DNA of 26,029 nucleotides. Source: a virus (taxonomy: Duplodnaviria; Caudoviricetes). The notes below the pieces were generated by a model. It made no database searches and was not told where the DNA came from. It saw only the letters and a list, made by a program, of their open reading frames with translations. Positions 15,076-24,529 of this stretch are shown one piece after another. The stretch spans positions 1-26,029 of IMG/VR virus record IMGVR_UViG_3300044858_000598; one strand, 5' to 3'. How positions within the stretch are numbered: position 1 is the stretch's first letter; each line of letters begins with the position of its first letter. Position numbers and translations under genes: made by a program.

Positions 15076-15199
15076 ATACAACCAAGTGACATTCCTTGGT
15101 AACGACACACTTGTAGTTCTTACCAATAATCTGATAAAGTTAAAGGGTGGTGGGTGGGAAAGGCTCGCTCAAGGCGAGCCGTGAAAAGAATAGGAAACT

Positions 15200-15775
15200 A
15201 TGACATACCCAAATTGGTTTGAAGGTAGTAATGCAAGAATAAACTTTGAAAAACATTTACTGCCATTATCGAACACAGCCTTGCGCTGTGTTCAAATAGG
15301 CGCATATACAGGAGATGCATCTAAATGGATGGTAGATAACATCCTTCAGCATGAATCCTCTAGCCTCATAGATGTAGATACATGGCAAGGGTCTGATGAA
15401 GAGATCCATAAAAATATGGATTGGAATGATGTATGGGATACATACTACCAAAAGAATAAAGAAGCTATTGAGAAGAATAAAATAATACCAACCAAAAAAA
15501 GAAGTGATGTTTTCTTTGCTATGTCTGGTGGGGGTTATGACTTTATATATGTAGATGGTGATCATTCTGCATTTGCTGTATTGCGTGATGGCATGAATGC
15601 ATATGAACAAACAGTTATTGGTGGACTAATTGCATTTGATGATTATATATGGACCATGAATAAAGGTGACTTCTATGATCCAAAATATGCAATAGATGTA
15701 TTGTGTCATTTACTTATTGGAAGAGTTGAAAAGATAGAAGACAACTCTCAGGTCTGGTTAAAAAAGATTATATAA
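15200..15775 (+). CDS. Class I SAM-dependent methyltransferase (Methyltransf_24-like)
   Basis: QIGAYTGDAS, DVDTW, YDFIYVDGDH, GGLIAFDDY. Confidence 0.85.
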   Translation: MTYPNWFEGSNARINFEKHLLPLSNTALRCVQIGAYTGDASKWMVDNILQHESSSLIDVDTWQGSDEEIHKNMDWNDVWDTYYQKNKEAIEKNKIIPTKKRSDVFFAMSGGGYDFIYVDGDHSAFAVLRDGMNAYEQTVIGGLIAFDDYIWTMNKGDFYDPKYAIDVLCHLLIGRVEKIEDNSQVWLKKII

Positions 15776-15777
15776 AT

Positions 15778-15811
15778 AAAAAAAGAGGGGGATCAATTAA
15801 GATCCCCCTCT
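15778..15811 (-). terminator. Intrinsic terminator of the late operon
   Basis: AGAGGGGGATC-AATTAA-GATCCCCCTCT with an A-tract on the left (U-tract on the minus strand). Confidence 0.85.
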
Positions 15812-15821
15812 CCTTCTAGCC

Positions 15822-16040
15822 CTACCATTCTGGTGGAGCAACTGCGAGCGCATCCAGCGTGGCTATATTGATGCACCCGACTGCTGGGATGTCATAGCGA
15901 CGCTGCAACCCTTTTAACATTTCCTGTAGGGGAGCATCAAGCACATCATCGCCAGCAACATTAAGAGCCACACGAACTTTCGTGACTAGCTCACTTCTTT
16001 CATCTGGTCCAACAAGTGTCAATAATTTATTTGTATCCAT
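15822..16040 (-). CDS. Small protein resembling a degenerate peptidoglycan-binding domain
   Basis: VRVALNV...LKGLQRRYDIPAVGCINIATLDAL resembles the PG_binding_1 helical pattern. Confidence 0.55.
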   Translation of the reverse strand: MDTNKLLTLVGPDERSELVTKVRVALNVAGDDVLDAPLQEMLKGLQRRYDIPAVGCINIATLDALAVAPPEW

Positions 16041-17947
16041 TAAGAAACAATTTGTTCAGTGTCAATAGTTTGCAACTGAAGAGTTACTATTCCTCCGAAC
16101 CCGCTCGCAAAAGTGGGAGGTGCAATTTGCTCAAACTGAATAGCACGGATAACACAGATTCTTTCTTCTCCATTTGAAAAGTCTTGGAACAATACTGCTC
16201 CACCATTCTGTTCAATACGCTCAAGGTATTGGATTCGTTCCCATGGTACTGAGATTCTGGTATTGCCATTAGGGTCACGTTCCTCTTCATAACATAGTAA
16301 TGGAATGGTTAATGTTCTAGATCTTTGTGGTGCAGGTAATGCACGTATCTGCCACTCCTCAAGTATAGGAGACTTAGTAGTATCAGATGAATCTCTAGTA
16401 AAGTTAAATGTAATTTCAAAATGATCTGCTGGTGAAACATAACCAGCTAAAGTAATTTCAATACTTGTTTCAATAGGTACAGAACCGATAGTTAATAACT
16501 GAGTACCTGGATCTTCAACTGTAAAACCAAGCGTTCCAGAACCATCTGGATCTGAATTAATTAATAAAGATACTGGTTGTTTTCTTTCACTAGTACCCCA
16601 TCTAATCCAGCCAGATTTTAAATAACCAGATGCTGCTTTAACCGTGGCTGATTCCAGCCATATTCCAGTAGATGTAGTAATAAACTTACGCCCTGTTGAG
16701 CCAATAAAGGAAACTCCAGTTACTGTACTACTATCAATAACCAAGTCAGATGCATAGGCATAGCCACTACCAACAGCCTGCCCTAGATTAATTCTCCATA
16801 AACCAGTGGATCCAGAGATTGCATAATCTCTACATGCGTATACATATGACTGATCAAATGCAATGTCGGAGACATTGCCTTCAACATTAAGTGGTCCATA
16901 TACAAATGATGTACCGTCCGTACCGACTGCACCTACACGAACACCTTTAGTTGTAGCAATAACAACAAACTCATTTAAATATAAACGAATTTGATTTAAT
17001 GTTTCGCCTCTAGGTAGTTCTGCAATAATAGTTGGATCATTAATAGCAGCTAATGGAGATGATACATTGATTGTATAAGACTGTACTTTAGATACTATAC
17101 CCTGTGTGTAACCAACTATAATAGAACCAGGTAGTTCTGATATAGAGTTAAATGTTAAAGATGTATTTGGGTAAGTAAACCTTTGCTCAGTGTTAGACAT
17201 AGTGGCAGGAGGAGAACCTGGGTTACGAGATAGTTCATATAAATACATACCAGTATTATCATGTTTAATGCCAGCAACAATACGATCTTTAACATAACCA
17301 ATTGCCTGAACGGTTATTGTTGTTACTGCGTTTGGCTTGTTCCATAGTTTACTTACAGCCAAGGCTGTGCTCACCTGATAGATGCCATCAGTAGCACCAA
17401 CAATTGCAAAGGTACCATCTGATGTTAATGATTGTGCGGTAGTAGATGTTCCTAAAGAAGTTGATGTATTTGTAGTTCCATCATAAAAATTTACGTTACC
17501 GCCTGATATAAAAAATGTACCACCTGATACAGTTGCTGGGTGACTTGCTGCTGATGTACTTAACTGTGTAGTTGCTGGTAATAACTTAAGCTCACCAAGA
17601 GTCCAAGGATCTACGTTGTTTGATTCATAGAATCTAAATAGATCAGATGACTCGGCGTCATAGAATCTTTCGCCAGCACCATGGTGCCATGAGGTAGCAG
17701 ATCTTAACCACCAGTTAGATAGCGACTGCTCACCAGCAGTTGCGCTTTGGTCAATACGTTCTTTCTGGTATGTCGTAGTAATACGACTAATACGGTTGTT
17801 GTCAGATGCAGCTGATAGCCAAGGAGTATTACCTATGGCATAACTAGCAGCAAAATCCTCACGTTGGTATCTAACCAACGCAGTAGGAATATTGGTGCTG
17901 ATTGCAATAGGCAAATCACCTTTAAGATATTTATTGGTAGTTGCCAT
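16040..17947 (-). CDS. Virion tail protein (tail tubular B/nozzle-like, beta-rich), 635 aa
   Basis: Long beta-strand-rich ORF in the structural module; specific role is inferred. Confidence 0.65.
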   Translation of the reverse strand: MATTNKYLKGDLPIAISTNIPTALVRYQREDFAASYAIGNTPWLSAASDNNRISRITTTYQKERIDQSATAGEQSLSNWWLRSATSWHHGAGERFYDAESSDLFRFYESNNVDPWTLGELKLLPATTQLSTSAASHPATVSGGTFFISGGNVNFYDGTTNTSTSLGTSTTAQSLTSDGTFAIVGATDGIYQVSTALAVSKLWNKPNAVTTITVQAIGYVKDRIVAGIKHDNTGMYLYELSRNPGSPPATMSNTEQRFTYPNTSLTFNSISELPGSIIVGYTQGIVSKVQSYTINVSSPLAAINDPTIIAELPRGETLNQIRLYLNEFVVIATTKGVRVGAVGTDGTSFVYGPLNVEGNVSDIAFDQSYVYACRDYAISGSTGLWRINLGQAVGSGYAYASDLVIDSSTVTGVSFIGSTGRKFITTSTGIWLESATVKAASGYLKSGWIRWGTSERKQPVSLLINSDPDGSGTLGFTVEDPGTQLLTIGSVPIETSIEITLAGYVSPADHFEITFNFTRDSSDTTKSPILEEWQIRALPAPQRSRTLTIPLLCYEEERDPNGNTRISVPWERIQYLERIEQNGGAVLFQDFSNGEERICVIRAIQFEQIAPPTFASGFGGIVTLQLQTIDTEQIVS

Positions 17948-17957
17948 GCTTTATCTC

Positions 17958-18359
17958 CTACTTCTTTTTTGGTTGTTCAATCCATTTAAACCATGGTGAT
18001 GTATCATTAGCGCATTCATCTTTAATAGATATATGTAAATGTTTTACGTGCTTATTGGAGCCAGTATATTTTCTATCGCCTTTTTGTTTAGACCAAATGC
18101 GACCATCAAATATTAAATAAGAAACTCTATTATCTTCTTTAAGTCGATTGTAAATATCTTTACAATCTACTCCACCAACAGGATCATGAGTTAAGTCTGC
18201 TGCTAGACCAGTGTTGTGATCTGAATCAGGACTGGCTTGTAGGTGAGCAGCAGATGGTAGTAGACCATCGCTTGCTTTCTTCCTCTTGGGAAACAATGCC
18301 GTCGCTTGGCGCAGCACAGCAATTGCAGCAGGTGTGGCTTTCTTGACTACAGGTTTCAT
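17958..18359 (-). CDS. Endolysin-like zinc peptidase (M15/DD-peptidase fold)
   Basis: SDHNTGLAADL...HVKHLHISI (H...D...H ligands); adjacent to two membrane-protein genes. Confidence 0.7.
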   Translation of the reverse strand: MKPVVKKATPAAIAVLRQATALFPKRKKASDGLLPSAAHLQASPDSDHNTGLAADLTHDPVGGVDCKDIYNRLKEDNRVSYLIFDGRIWSKQKGDRKYTGSNKHVKHLHISIKDECANDTSPWFKWIEQPKKK

Positions 18360-18559
18360 TCATTACTCTTTCCTGCCACTAGTTCAAACAAATTGTCAAT
18401 TCTAGTTTCTAATCTAGAAATGGAATCTTTTATCGAGCTACCCCCATTCGGGCGAAGTTCATTAAGGTAATGCTTTACCAGCCAACGAACTGAGCCAGCA
18501 AAGCTGGCGACTATTGTGGTTACCGCTACTGCGATACCAGCCCATTCGTTGGTAGACAT
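18356..18559 (-). CDS. Lysis-cassette membrane protein (single TM plus NGGSSIKD coiled coil)
   Basis: N-terminal hydrophobic helix; PNGGSSxxD motif common in actinophage lysis-region proteins. Confidence 0.7.
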   Translation of the reverse strand: MSTNEWAGIAVAVTTIVASFAGSVRWLVKHYLNELRPNGGSSIKDSISRLETRIDNLFELVAGKSNE

Positions 18560-18765
18560 TAGTTTTCTGAACCTATTCCGTATTCATCTTCAGTTTTGTC
18601 CAAAGCTTTGGCTGCAGGACCAGCGATAGCAGCAACGGCAATAGATACAATTGGATCTAATCCAAGTTCATTGCTTGCTAAGAATCCTAAGAATGAAACT
18701 AATACACCACGAAGGTATGACTTAAGTATTGCCTTTTGCTTTGTTGTTAGCTTTAATCTGTCCAT
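18559..18765 (-). CDS. Putative holin
   Basis: Two hydrophobic segments, charged termini, upstream of the endolysin. Confidence 0.65.
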   Translation of the reverse strand: MDRLKLTTKQKAILKSYLRGVLVSFLGFLASNELGLDPIVSIAVAAIAGPAAKALDKTEDEYGIGSEN

Positions 18766-18806
18766 TTATTTCTCCTTTAGTTTATTATAAAAAATTTATT
18801 TTTATT

Positions 18807-19103
18807 TTAAAGTTCTATTAAAAGATTAGCTTCTTCTTGAGAAAGATAAGCTCCAAATCTTATTTTCTCCCTTAATCTCATAATTTGTTTTAGTTTAATT
18901 TCTTCTTCCGTTAAGTCTCTAACTTCCCAAACAGATACCCAACGACCATTTATATTTTCAGGTGGTAGTTGATAAAAAATTTGGTTACTTTCAATTGCTG
19001 GTGGATCTGTCTGCTCCACCTCTTGCCAGTTTGCGGTTGGATTTAACTCAACATCTCCTGGATATCTTGGATATTCCATAGTATCTAGATTTATATATGC
19101 CAT
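18807..19103 (-). CDS. Hypothetical protein, possible fibre assembly protein
   Basis: YPRY...P..INGRWVSVWEVRDLTEEE; follows the fibre gene. Confidence 0.6.
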   Translation of the reverse strand: MAYINLDTMEYPRYPGDVELNPTANWQEVEQTDPPAIESNQIFYQLPPENINGRWVSVWEVRDLTEEEIKLKQIMRLREKIRFGAYLSQEEANLLIEL

Positions 19104-19111
19104 TTTTTCTC

Positions 19112-20668
19112 CTATATCGATGTAACAGATCTTGTTAACAATTTACTGTTATTTGTAGTGTTTCCACTTGTTGTTTCAGTCCAGTTGTTTGCCACATCTG
19201 AATAACTAAGCGTTGATTTTGAAAAAGTGCCAGCTGCATCTGTTAAAGATGCTGTAGAATACACCATAGTTATTCCGCCAACAGTATATGTTCCAGTTTT
19301 GGATCCATCAGCAGGAACTTTTGATAATACATGTTGAGTTGCTGTATTTCCTAAGAAATGTAAAGATCCAGAATTATGCACGGATTGAGCAAACCTGTTA
19401 TTTGTTATTTTTCTTTGTAGTTGTAATGTTCCCGAAGAATTATATTTAAACCAGGTAGAGTCAGTACCATCACTTCCAGAAATATAAATATTTCCACTAC
19501 TATCAAAAGTAGGTTGGTAATACCAACCTGTGCCATTTATAAACTTTCTTTGCCAAACAATGTCTCCACTTGTATTAAGTTTTAAAAGTGTTGAAATTGT
19601 TGATGTCGTAGTTCCTACTTCTCCAGTTGCATATAAATTATCATTACTATCTATATTTAGATTGTATAAACCTCCACCAAGAGTTCCTTCATTGTATTGA
19701 TACTGCCATTGCAAAACTCCTGAAGAGTTATATTTAATTACATATCCTCTATAAGAAGAAGCTGTTCCCAATGTGCCTTTCGCTCCAGCAACATAAATAT
19801 TACCTGAAGAATCACAAACAGTCCCATAGCCAATGAAATCTTCAGGAGAAGTTCCATATCGTCTTTGCCATTGAAGTGCGCCACTTGAGTTAAATTTCAT
19901 TGTTGTAAGCTGCCATCCACCAGACCCATCATAATATCCTCTTCCAGATACAATAATATTTCCACTTGGATCTACTGTAGAAGATGTTATGTATCCATTA
20001 CCACTGCCAGGATTATAATTTCTAGAATAAGCAAACGTTCCATCTGAATTTACTTTGGAAATACGAAGACTTTGCGAACCATAATCTGGATTTGAAATAT
20101 TGTAAACATTATTTGATGAATCTACAACAGTTCCTATAGAATACTCATATCTTGATCCAGAACTTCTATAAAATGTTCTACCCCAACTTCTTGTTCCATT
20201 ACTTGAATATTTATTTATTTGAGAATCTCTATTTGTGCCATCTACAACACCTCCACATGTGTATATTGTGCCATTACTTTCAAGTCTAAGGTCGTACATG
20301 TATGCAATAGAACTTGTTCTGGTTTCAATAGATAAAAAGTTATTTACTGATGCTGATTGAGGTGTAATAGAATTAGATGCTGCACTTGAAGGTGAATTTC
20401 CAAGAGCATTAGAAGCATATACAGTAAATGTATATGCTGTTCCATTTGTTAAGCCAGTGACAGTAAGTGGCGATGATGCACCAGTTGCACTAATTGAACC
20501 TGGTGAAGACACAGCAGTAAATGATGTTGCAACTGGTCCAGAGGCTGCAGCTGTAAACGTAACCGTAGCACTTGCATCACCAGCAGTTGCTGTTCCAATT
20601 GTTGGTGCATTTGGAGTTAAGTTTCCACTTATCCCAGAGGCAATAACTCCAGTTAGAATAGGAGACAT
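19112..20668 (-). CDS. Putative receptor-binding protein: fibronectin type III domain plus beta-propeller repeats
   Basis: PNAPTIGTATAG...VTGLTNGTAYTFTVYASNALG (FN3); repeated DSSGNIYVAG...KYNSSGxLQWQ blades. Confidence 0.8.
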   Translation of the reverse strand: MSPILTGVIASGISGNLTPNAPTIGTATAGDASATVTFTAAASGPVATSFTAVSSPGSISATGASSPLTVTGLTNGTAYTFTVYASNALGNSPSSAASNSITPQSASVNNFLSIETRTSSIAYMYDLRLESNGTIYTCGGVVDGTNRDSQINKYSSNGTRSWGRTFYRSSGSRYEYSIGTVVDSSNNVYNISNPDYGSQSLRISKVNSDGTFAYSRNYNPGSGNGYITSSTVDPSGNIIVSGRGYYDGSGGWQLTTMKFNSSGALQWQRRYGTSPEDFIGYGTVCDSSGNIYVAGAKGTLGTASSYRGYVIKYNSSGVLQWQYQYNEGTLGGGLYNLNIDSNDNLYATGEVGTTTSTISTLLKLNTSGDIVWQRKFINGTGWYYQPTFDSSGNIYISGSDGTDSTWFKYNSSGTLQLQRKITNNRFAQSVHNSGSLHFLGNTATQHVLSKVPADGSKTGTYTVGGITMVYSTASLTDAAGTFSKSTLSYSDVANNWTETTSGNTTNNSKLLTRSVTSI

Positions 20669-21126
20669 TAGGCGATGTCACCTACTACGTAGAATACTGT
20701 TCCTGATTCAGCCACAATAGTCGCTGCTGAGTAACGTGCTCTCAACTTTGGAGCAGTTGCTGTAGCACCAGTAGAGTTAATGGTAACTCCTGAACCTTGT
20801 GCAAATGTAACTTGACCAGCACCCTTTTGAATAACAGTAATGCGATCCCCTGCCGTAAACACTGACGGTGGAATTGTTACTGTAATTGCACCAGCATTGT
20901 TTGCTGTGACTATATTGTCCGCATCAGTTAATGCAAGTGTGTATGTTGTACCTGTTTGAGCAGAGATGAAGTTGCGTTGCTTAGATAGCGGAAAGCCACC
21001 AGCTGTTGAACCGTCATGTACTACTACTACTTCCTTATCTGTATCAACTGTAAGTTCTGCTAGAAGACCAGTAAAGGAGTCATGCTGTGAGGTTGTACCT
21101 CGACGTCGTTGAAATGCAAAAGCCAT
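20668..21126 (-). CDS. Tail fibre-associated protein with Mtd N-terminal-like motif
   Basis: FQRRRGTT...FTGLLAELTVDTD...HDGSTAGGFPL, then QTGTTYTLALTDA. Confidence 0.7.
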   Translation of the reverse strand: MAFAFQRRRGTTSQHDSFTGLLAELTVDTDKEVVVVHDGSTAGGFPLSKQRNFISAQTGTTYTLALTDADNIVTANNAGAITVTIPPSVFTAGDRITVIQKGAGQVTFAQGSGVTINSTGATATAPKLRARYSAATIVAESGTVFYVVGDIA

Positions 21127-22868
21127 TATATTATTGTTCCCCAATCTGATAGGCTTGCCCAATTAGCGGAAGTTCCATTATTAGTTAAGAAATACCCACT
21201 TACTCCTGCAGAGATAGCAGGTATAAATCCTGCTGCTGCAGAAGCACTAGCAGCAGCTGAGCTTGCTGAAGTTGCTGCTGAAGACGCTGATGTTGCTGCA
21301 CTTGCTGCAGATGTAGCAGCATTTGTTTCGCTAGTTGCAGCAGAGTTGGCACTTGTTAGTGCATTACTTGCATATGTAGAAGCAGATCCAACTGAAGTTG
21401 CTGCTGAACTTGCACTTGTTGCTGCACTGGTAGCCGAAGTTGCTGCAGCCAAAGCATGATACTTAGCAGAATATTCTCCACCTGCTACAGTACCAATTGT
21501 TTTGGTTGCCCAGTCATTTGCTAATGTTGCAGATGCTGTTGCATCTGTTGAACTTGAAGCAGCGGCGGTAGCACTATTAGCAGCCGATGTCGCACTTGTA
21601 GCAGCAGCAGTGGCACTATTGGCTGCAGAGGTTGCTGATGTGGCAGCAGCAGTTGCATAACTTGCAATGGTTGCAACAGAAGCAGCAGCAGTGGTTGCTG
21701 ATGATTCAGCACTTGATGCAGCGGTAGTAGCGGAAGCAGCAGAAGTTGCAGCACTTGTAGCAGAGTTGGCAGCAGAAGAAGCTGAAGTTGCAGCAGAAGA
21801 AGCTGAAGTTGCAGCACTAGATGCTGAAGCATTTACGTTGGCTTCTATGGAAGATAATGAAACCCATGTACCAGTACTTGTGTCAGTATCTACAACAGAT
21901 CCCATATCACGAATAAGGCTATTTGCAACTTGACCAGCAACTGTTGTTGCAGAGTTTGCTGCACTGGTTGCGGAGGTGGCTGCTGCGGTAGCAGAACTTG
22001 CTGCTGCTGTTGCAGATGACGCTGCTGCCGTGGCTGAGTTGGCTGCACTAGTAGCACTAGTTTCAGCAGATGATGCTGAGGTTGCAGCACTGGTAGCAAA
22101 TGTAGATGCACTAGATTGTGATGTATTTGCTGCAGTGGCAGAGGCTGCTGCCGATGTTGCTGATGTTGCAGCAGCGGTAGCAGATGCTGCAGCGGATGTG
22201 GCTGAAGTGGCTGCTGCGGTTGCTTGAGTTGCTGCTGAAGAAAAACTTGTTGCTGCGCTAGATGCGCTTGTGGCTGCGGATGAAGCTGATGTAGCAGCAC
22301 TAGCTGCGCTAGTTGCTGCAGCGGTTGCGCTATTGGCTGCATCAGTAGCAGACCCAGAAATGCTAGTTACATATGCTTGGTTAACTGCATCAGTAGAACT
22401 TGTTGGCGTAGTAGGTACATTTGTAATACGGTATGTAGCCATATTAAGATTACCAGCAGCAGTAATAATTGCTGAAGATAATGTTTTAGTACCACTTAAT
22501 GTTTGAGAACCGCCTGTACCAACAACATCACCAGATACACCGTGAACACTGGTAGTTGCTACTTCATGTGCTCTTGATTCTGTAAAGTCTCTAGCCGATA
22601 CACCGTGTTCGACGTTAGCACCAACAGCGTGTGCCTTAGCACCAGATGAGTCAATGTTACGTGTGATCTGATAAGAAGAACCTACAAGACCAGTTACCTC
22701 AATAACCTCTTCATTGGCTGTATCCTTTTCAAGGATCAGTGTGTAAGGATATTGTGCGGGTAAATTAGATGCAGCAGACAGCGTTAAGCTGGTTGCTGAA
22801 GAAGATATTGAATCCGCTAAAGTTGTCTTAGCAGCATTCGAACTATAATAGCGTGACGGTGTTGGCAT
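21126..22868 (-). CDS. Long tail fibre with Ala/Ser/Thr-rich repeats
   Basis: Extended AATSATSA-type repeats, as in side tail fibres; DAVNQAYV and YSAKYHA motifs. Confidence 0.8.
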   Translation of the reverse strand: MPTPSRYYSSNAAKTTLADSISSSATSLTLSAASNLPAQYPYTLILEKDTANEEVIEVTGLVGSSYQITRNIDSSGAKAHAVGANVEHGVSARDFTESRAHEVATTSVHGVSGDVVGTGGSQTLSGTKTLSSAIITAAGNLNMATYRITNVPTTPTSSTDAVNQAYVTSISGSATDAANSATAAATSAASAATSASSAATSASSAATSFSSAATQATAAATSATSAAASATAAATSATSAAASATAANTSQSSASTFATSAATSASSAETSATSAANSATAAASSATAAASSATAAATSATSAANSATTVAGQVANSLIRDMGSVVDTDTSTGTWVSLSSIEANVNASASSAATSASSAATSASSAANSATSAATSAASATTAASSAESSATTAAASVATIASYATAAATSATSAANSATAAATSATSAANSATAAASSSTDATASATLANDWATKTIGTVAGGEYSAKYHALAAATSATSAATSASSAATSVGSASTYASNALTSANSAATSETNAATSAASAATSASSAATSASSAAASASAAAGFIPAISAGVSGYFLTNNGTSANWASLSDWGTII

Positions 22869-22871
22869 TTA

Positions 22872-23765
22872 TTACCTCGAGTACTGGATAGTGTTTAGGA
22901 AGTTGTCTTGTTGCTTTGCTACCTCTTCCGCTAAGCGGACGGTATAAAGCTGGAAAATATATTTTGCTGTATTTGTAGAAGCACCAGCTGAAACAGGTTG
23001 ATCTAAAGCATCAGCAGATACCGATGTAGCAATTACCTTACCTGGGTCGACTGTTGATAACAGTCGATACATAGCACCAAGACGAACTACATCTTCGCAC
23101 GATGTTGGTAAACCACTTACTGTTAACTCTTGGTTATCAGTAATAGTTGTTGGAAACTTTGTGTATTGAACACGAACGGTCTGACCAGGCATAGGAGCTT
23201 CATTTAAAATCAAAGCTTGCTTGGTAGATCCACTATCTAGATAATTAGTATCTAATCTCCAACGTTTAATTAAGCCCCAGACTCCTGAAGAATCTGGTAG
23301 TTCCCAAGATACTCCAGTAACATCTACTAAAGCATCAGGCATTATGTAAGAATAATCAGTACCATTAAATGTAAATGATTCATTAGCAATAACAGGAAAG
23401 TTCATTCCCTTGATTGTTTCTAAAATTGCTCGTTTAACTTGAGACCTTGGGAACATAGGGTTGTTCTTAACAACCGATCCAGATACATGGCTAGTGGCGG
23501 TAGTACCACGCCACCCTCTACCAGATGGATTAGCATTTGTTCCTAAAACCTGAACTGTTCCTGATGCTACAACTGATTTCTTTACATATATTAATTCATC
23601 ATCAATTTCAATAATACCTTTACTTAAAGCAGAGGCATCATCTACTGTTATTGATACATCACCAGCAGCAACAGTATTAGTTGCAATAGTTACTGACTCT
23701 TGGTTCTTAACATAACCACTAACTTCACCAAGCGTTTGTTCTGTTAATTGATTTAACGTAGCCAT
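22872..23765 (-). CDS. Head-tail adaptor / tail tubular A-like protein
   Basis: MATLNQL start, position after capsid genes, C-terminal helical segment; role is inferred. Confidence 0.6.
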   Translation of the reverse strand: MATLNQLTEQTLGEVSGYVKNQESVTIATNTVAAGDVSITVDDASALSKGIIEIDDELIYVKKSVVASGTVQVLGTNANPSGRGWRGTTATSHVSGSVVKNNPMFPRSQVKRAILETIKGMNFPVIANESFTFNGTDYSYIMPDALVDVTGVSWELPDSSGVWGLIKRWRLDTNYLDSGSTKQALILNEAPMPGQTVRVQYTKFPTTITDNQELTVSGLPTSCEDVVRLGAMYRLLSTVDPGKVIATSVSADALDQPVSAGASTNTAKYIFQLYTVRLAEEVAKQQDNFLNTIQYSR

Positions 23766-24007
23766 TATGCTTGAACCGCCTTTCCTAAAGTATCGGATGC
23801 CATAACAGCAGCCTTGATATCATGCATCTTTGTGGATCTAGGTTGAATACCTTGTTTTCTTGCATTTCTGTATGCGTCTAATTCTGAATTGGCTTGCTTG
23901 GATACCGCATTAGCCAGTGGATCTGTAATACTAAAATTTGCTGCTCTTGCACATTCGCCCCAGTTAGCATGGTCTTGGGTCTTACAACCAGATCTACAGT
24001 TACTCAT
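23765..24007 (-). CDS. Small Cys/His protein (MSNCRSGCKTQDHANWGEC...)
   Basis: GGAG RBS; TAATG coupling downstream. Confidence 0.75.
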   Translation of the reverse strand: MSNCRSGCKTQDHANWGECARAANFSITDPLANAVSKQANSELDAYRNARKQGIQPRSTKMHDIKAAVMASDTLGKAVQA

Positions 24008-24254
24008 CCCAGATGTAATCTCCATAACCTGCTGCTGTTAGCTCAGCAGCTTCAGCGTCCGTAATAATATTGTCATACCCGCCACGCAATACACGTTGGT
24101 ATGTAGCAAGATCGCTGTCTTTAGGGACAACAACTGTTGACCATGTTCCATTATTCTTGATTACACTCTTACCAATTGGATAAGATACAAACCAAAGATC
24201 ATTAGGACGACCAAGTTTGTAGCGGTAAGTAGGTCCACGAAATATCTTTGTCAT
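24000..24254 (-). CDS. Hypothetical late protein, 84 aa
   Basis: TAATG coupling; AAELTAAGYG motif. Confidence 0.75.
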   Translation of the reverse strand: MTKIFRGPTYRYKLGRPNDLWFVSYPIGKSVIKNNGTWSTVVVPKDSDLATYQRVLRGGYDNIITDAEAAELTAAGYGDYIWDE

Positions 24255-24529
24255 TACCACTTAACCTTATCTGCCCAATATGCTGCTGACATAACACCTT
24301 TGTTAATGTTTTTAGCATGACGTGCCTTGAAAGACTGACGTCTTTGTCGGTAAGATTTTGTCTCACCAGATTTCTTTGGAGAGCCAGATACGCCCTGTTG
24401 ACCAAACCTAATTGTTTTTACTTGGGAGCCAGACTTGGCTACAACTACATGAGATTTTTTAGGATGTGTCGGTGTTCTCTTTGGTTTATTAAAACCAGAT
24501 ACACCTGCTCTTTTAAGCCTTGGGTCCAT
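24254..24529 (-). CDS. Basic phage protein (IRFGQQG...SFKARH...SAAYWA..W type)
   Basis: Lys/Arg rich; motif pattern recurrent in aquatic phages. Confidence 0.75.
   Translation of the reverse strand: MDPRLKRAGVSGFNKPKRTPTHPKKSHVVVAKSGSQVKTIRFGQQGVSGSPKKSGETKSYRQRRQSFKARHAKNINKGVMSAAYWADKVKW

Noticed and set aside
15145-15158. GGGTGGTGGGTGGG as a G-quadruplex
   Set aside because: Only three GGG tracts plus one GG; single occurrence and no supporting evidence
20668-21126. Diversity-generating retroelement suggested by the Mtd-N-like motif
   Set aside because: No reverse transcriptase and no template/variable repeat pair differing at adenines seen in the window
21109-22506. Several antisense and alternate-frame ORFs rich in Ala/Val or Leu/Gln
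   Set aside because: By-products of the GCN/TCN/ACN codon repeats of the tail fibre; no RBS or coupling
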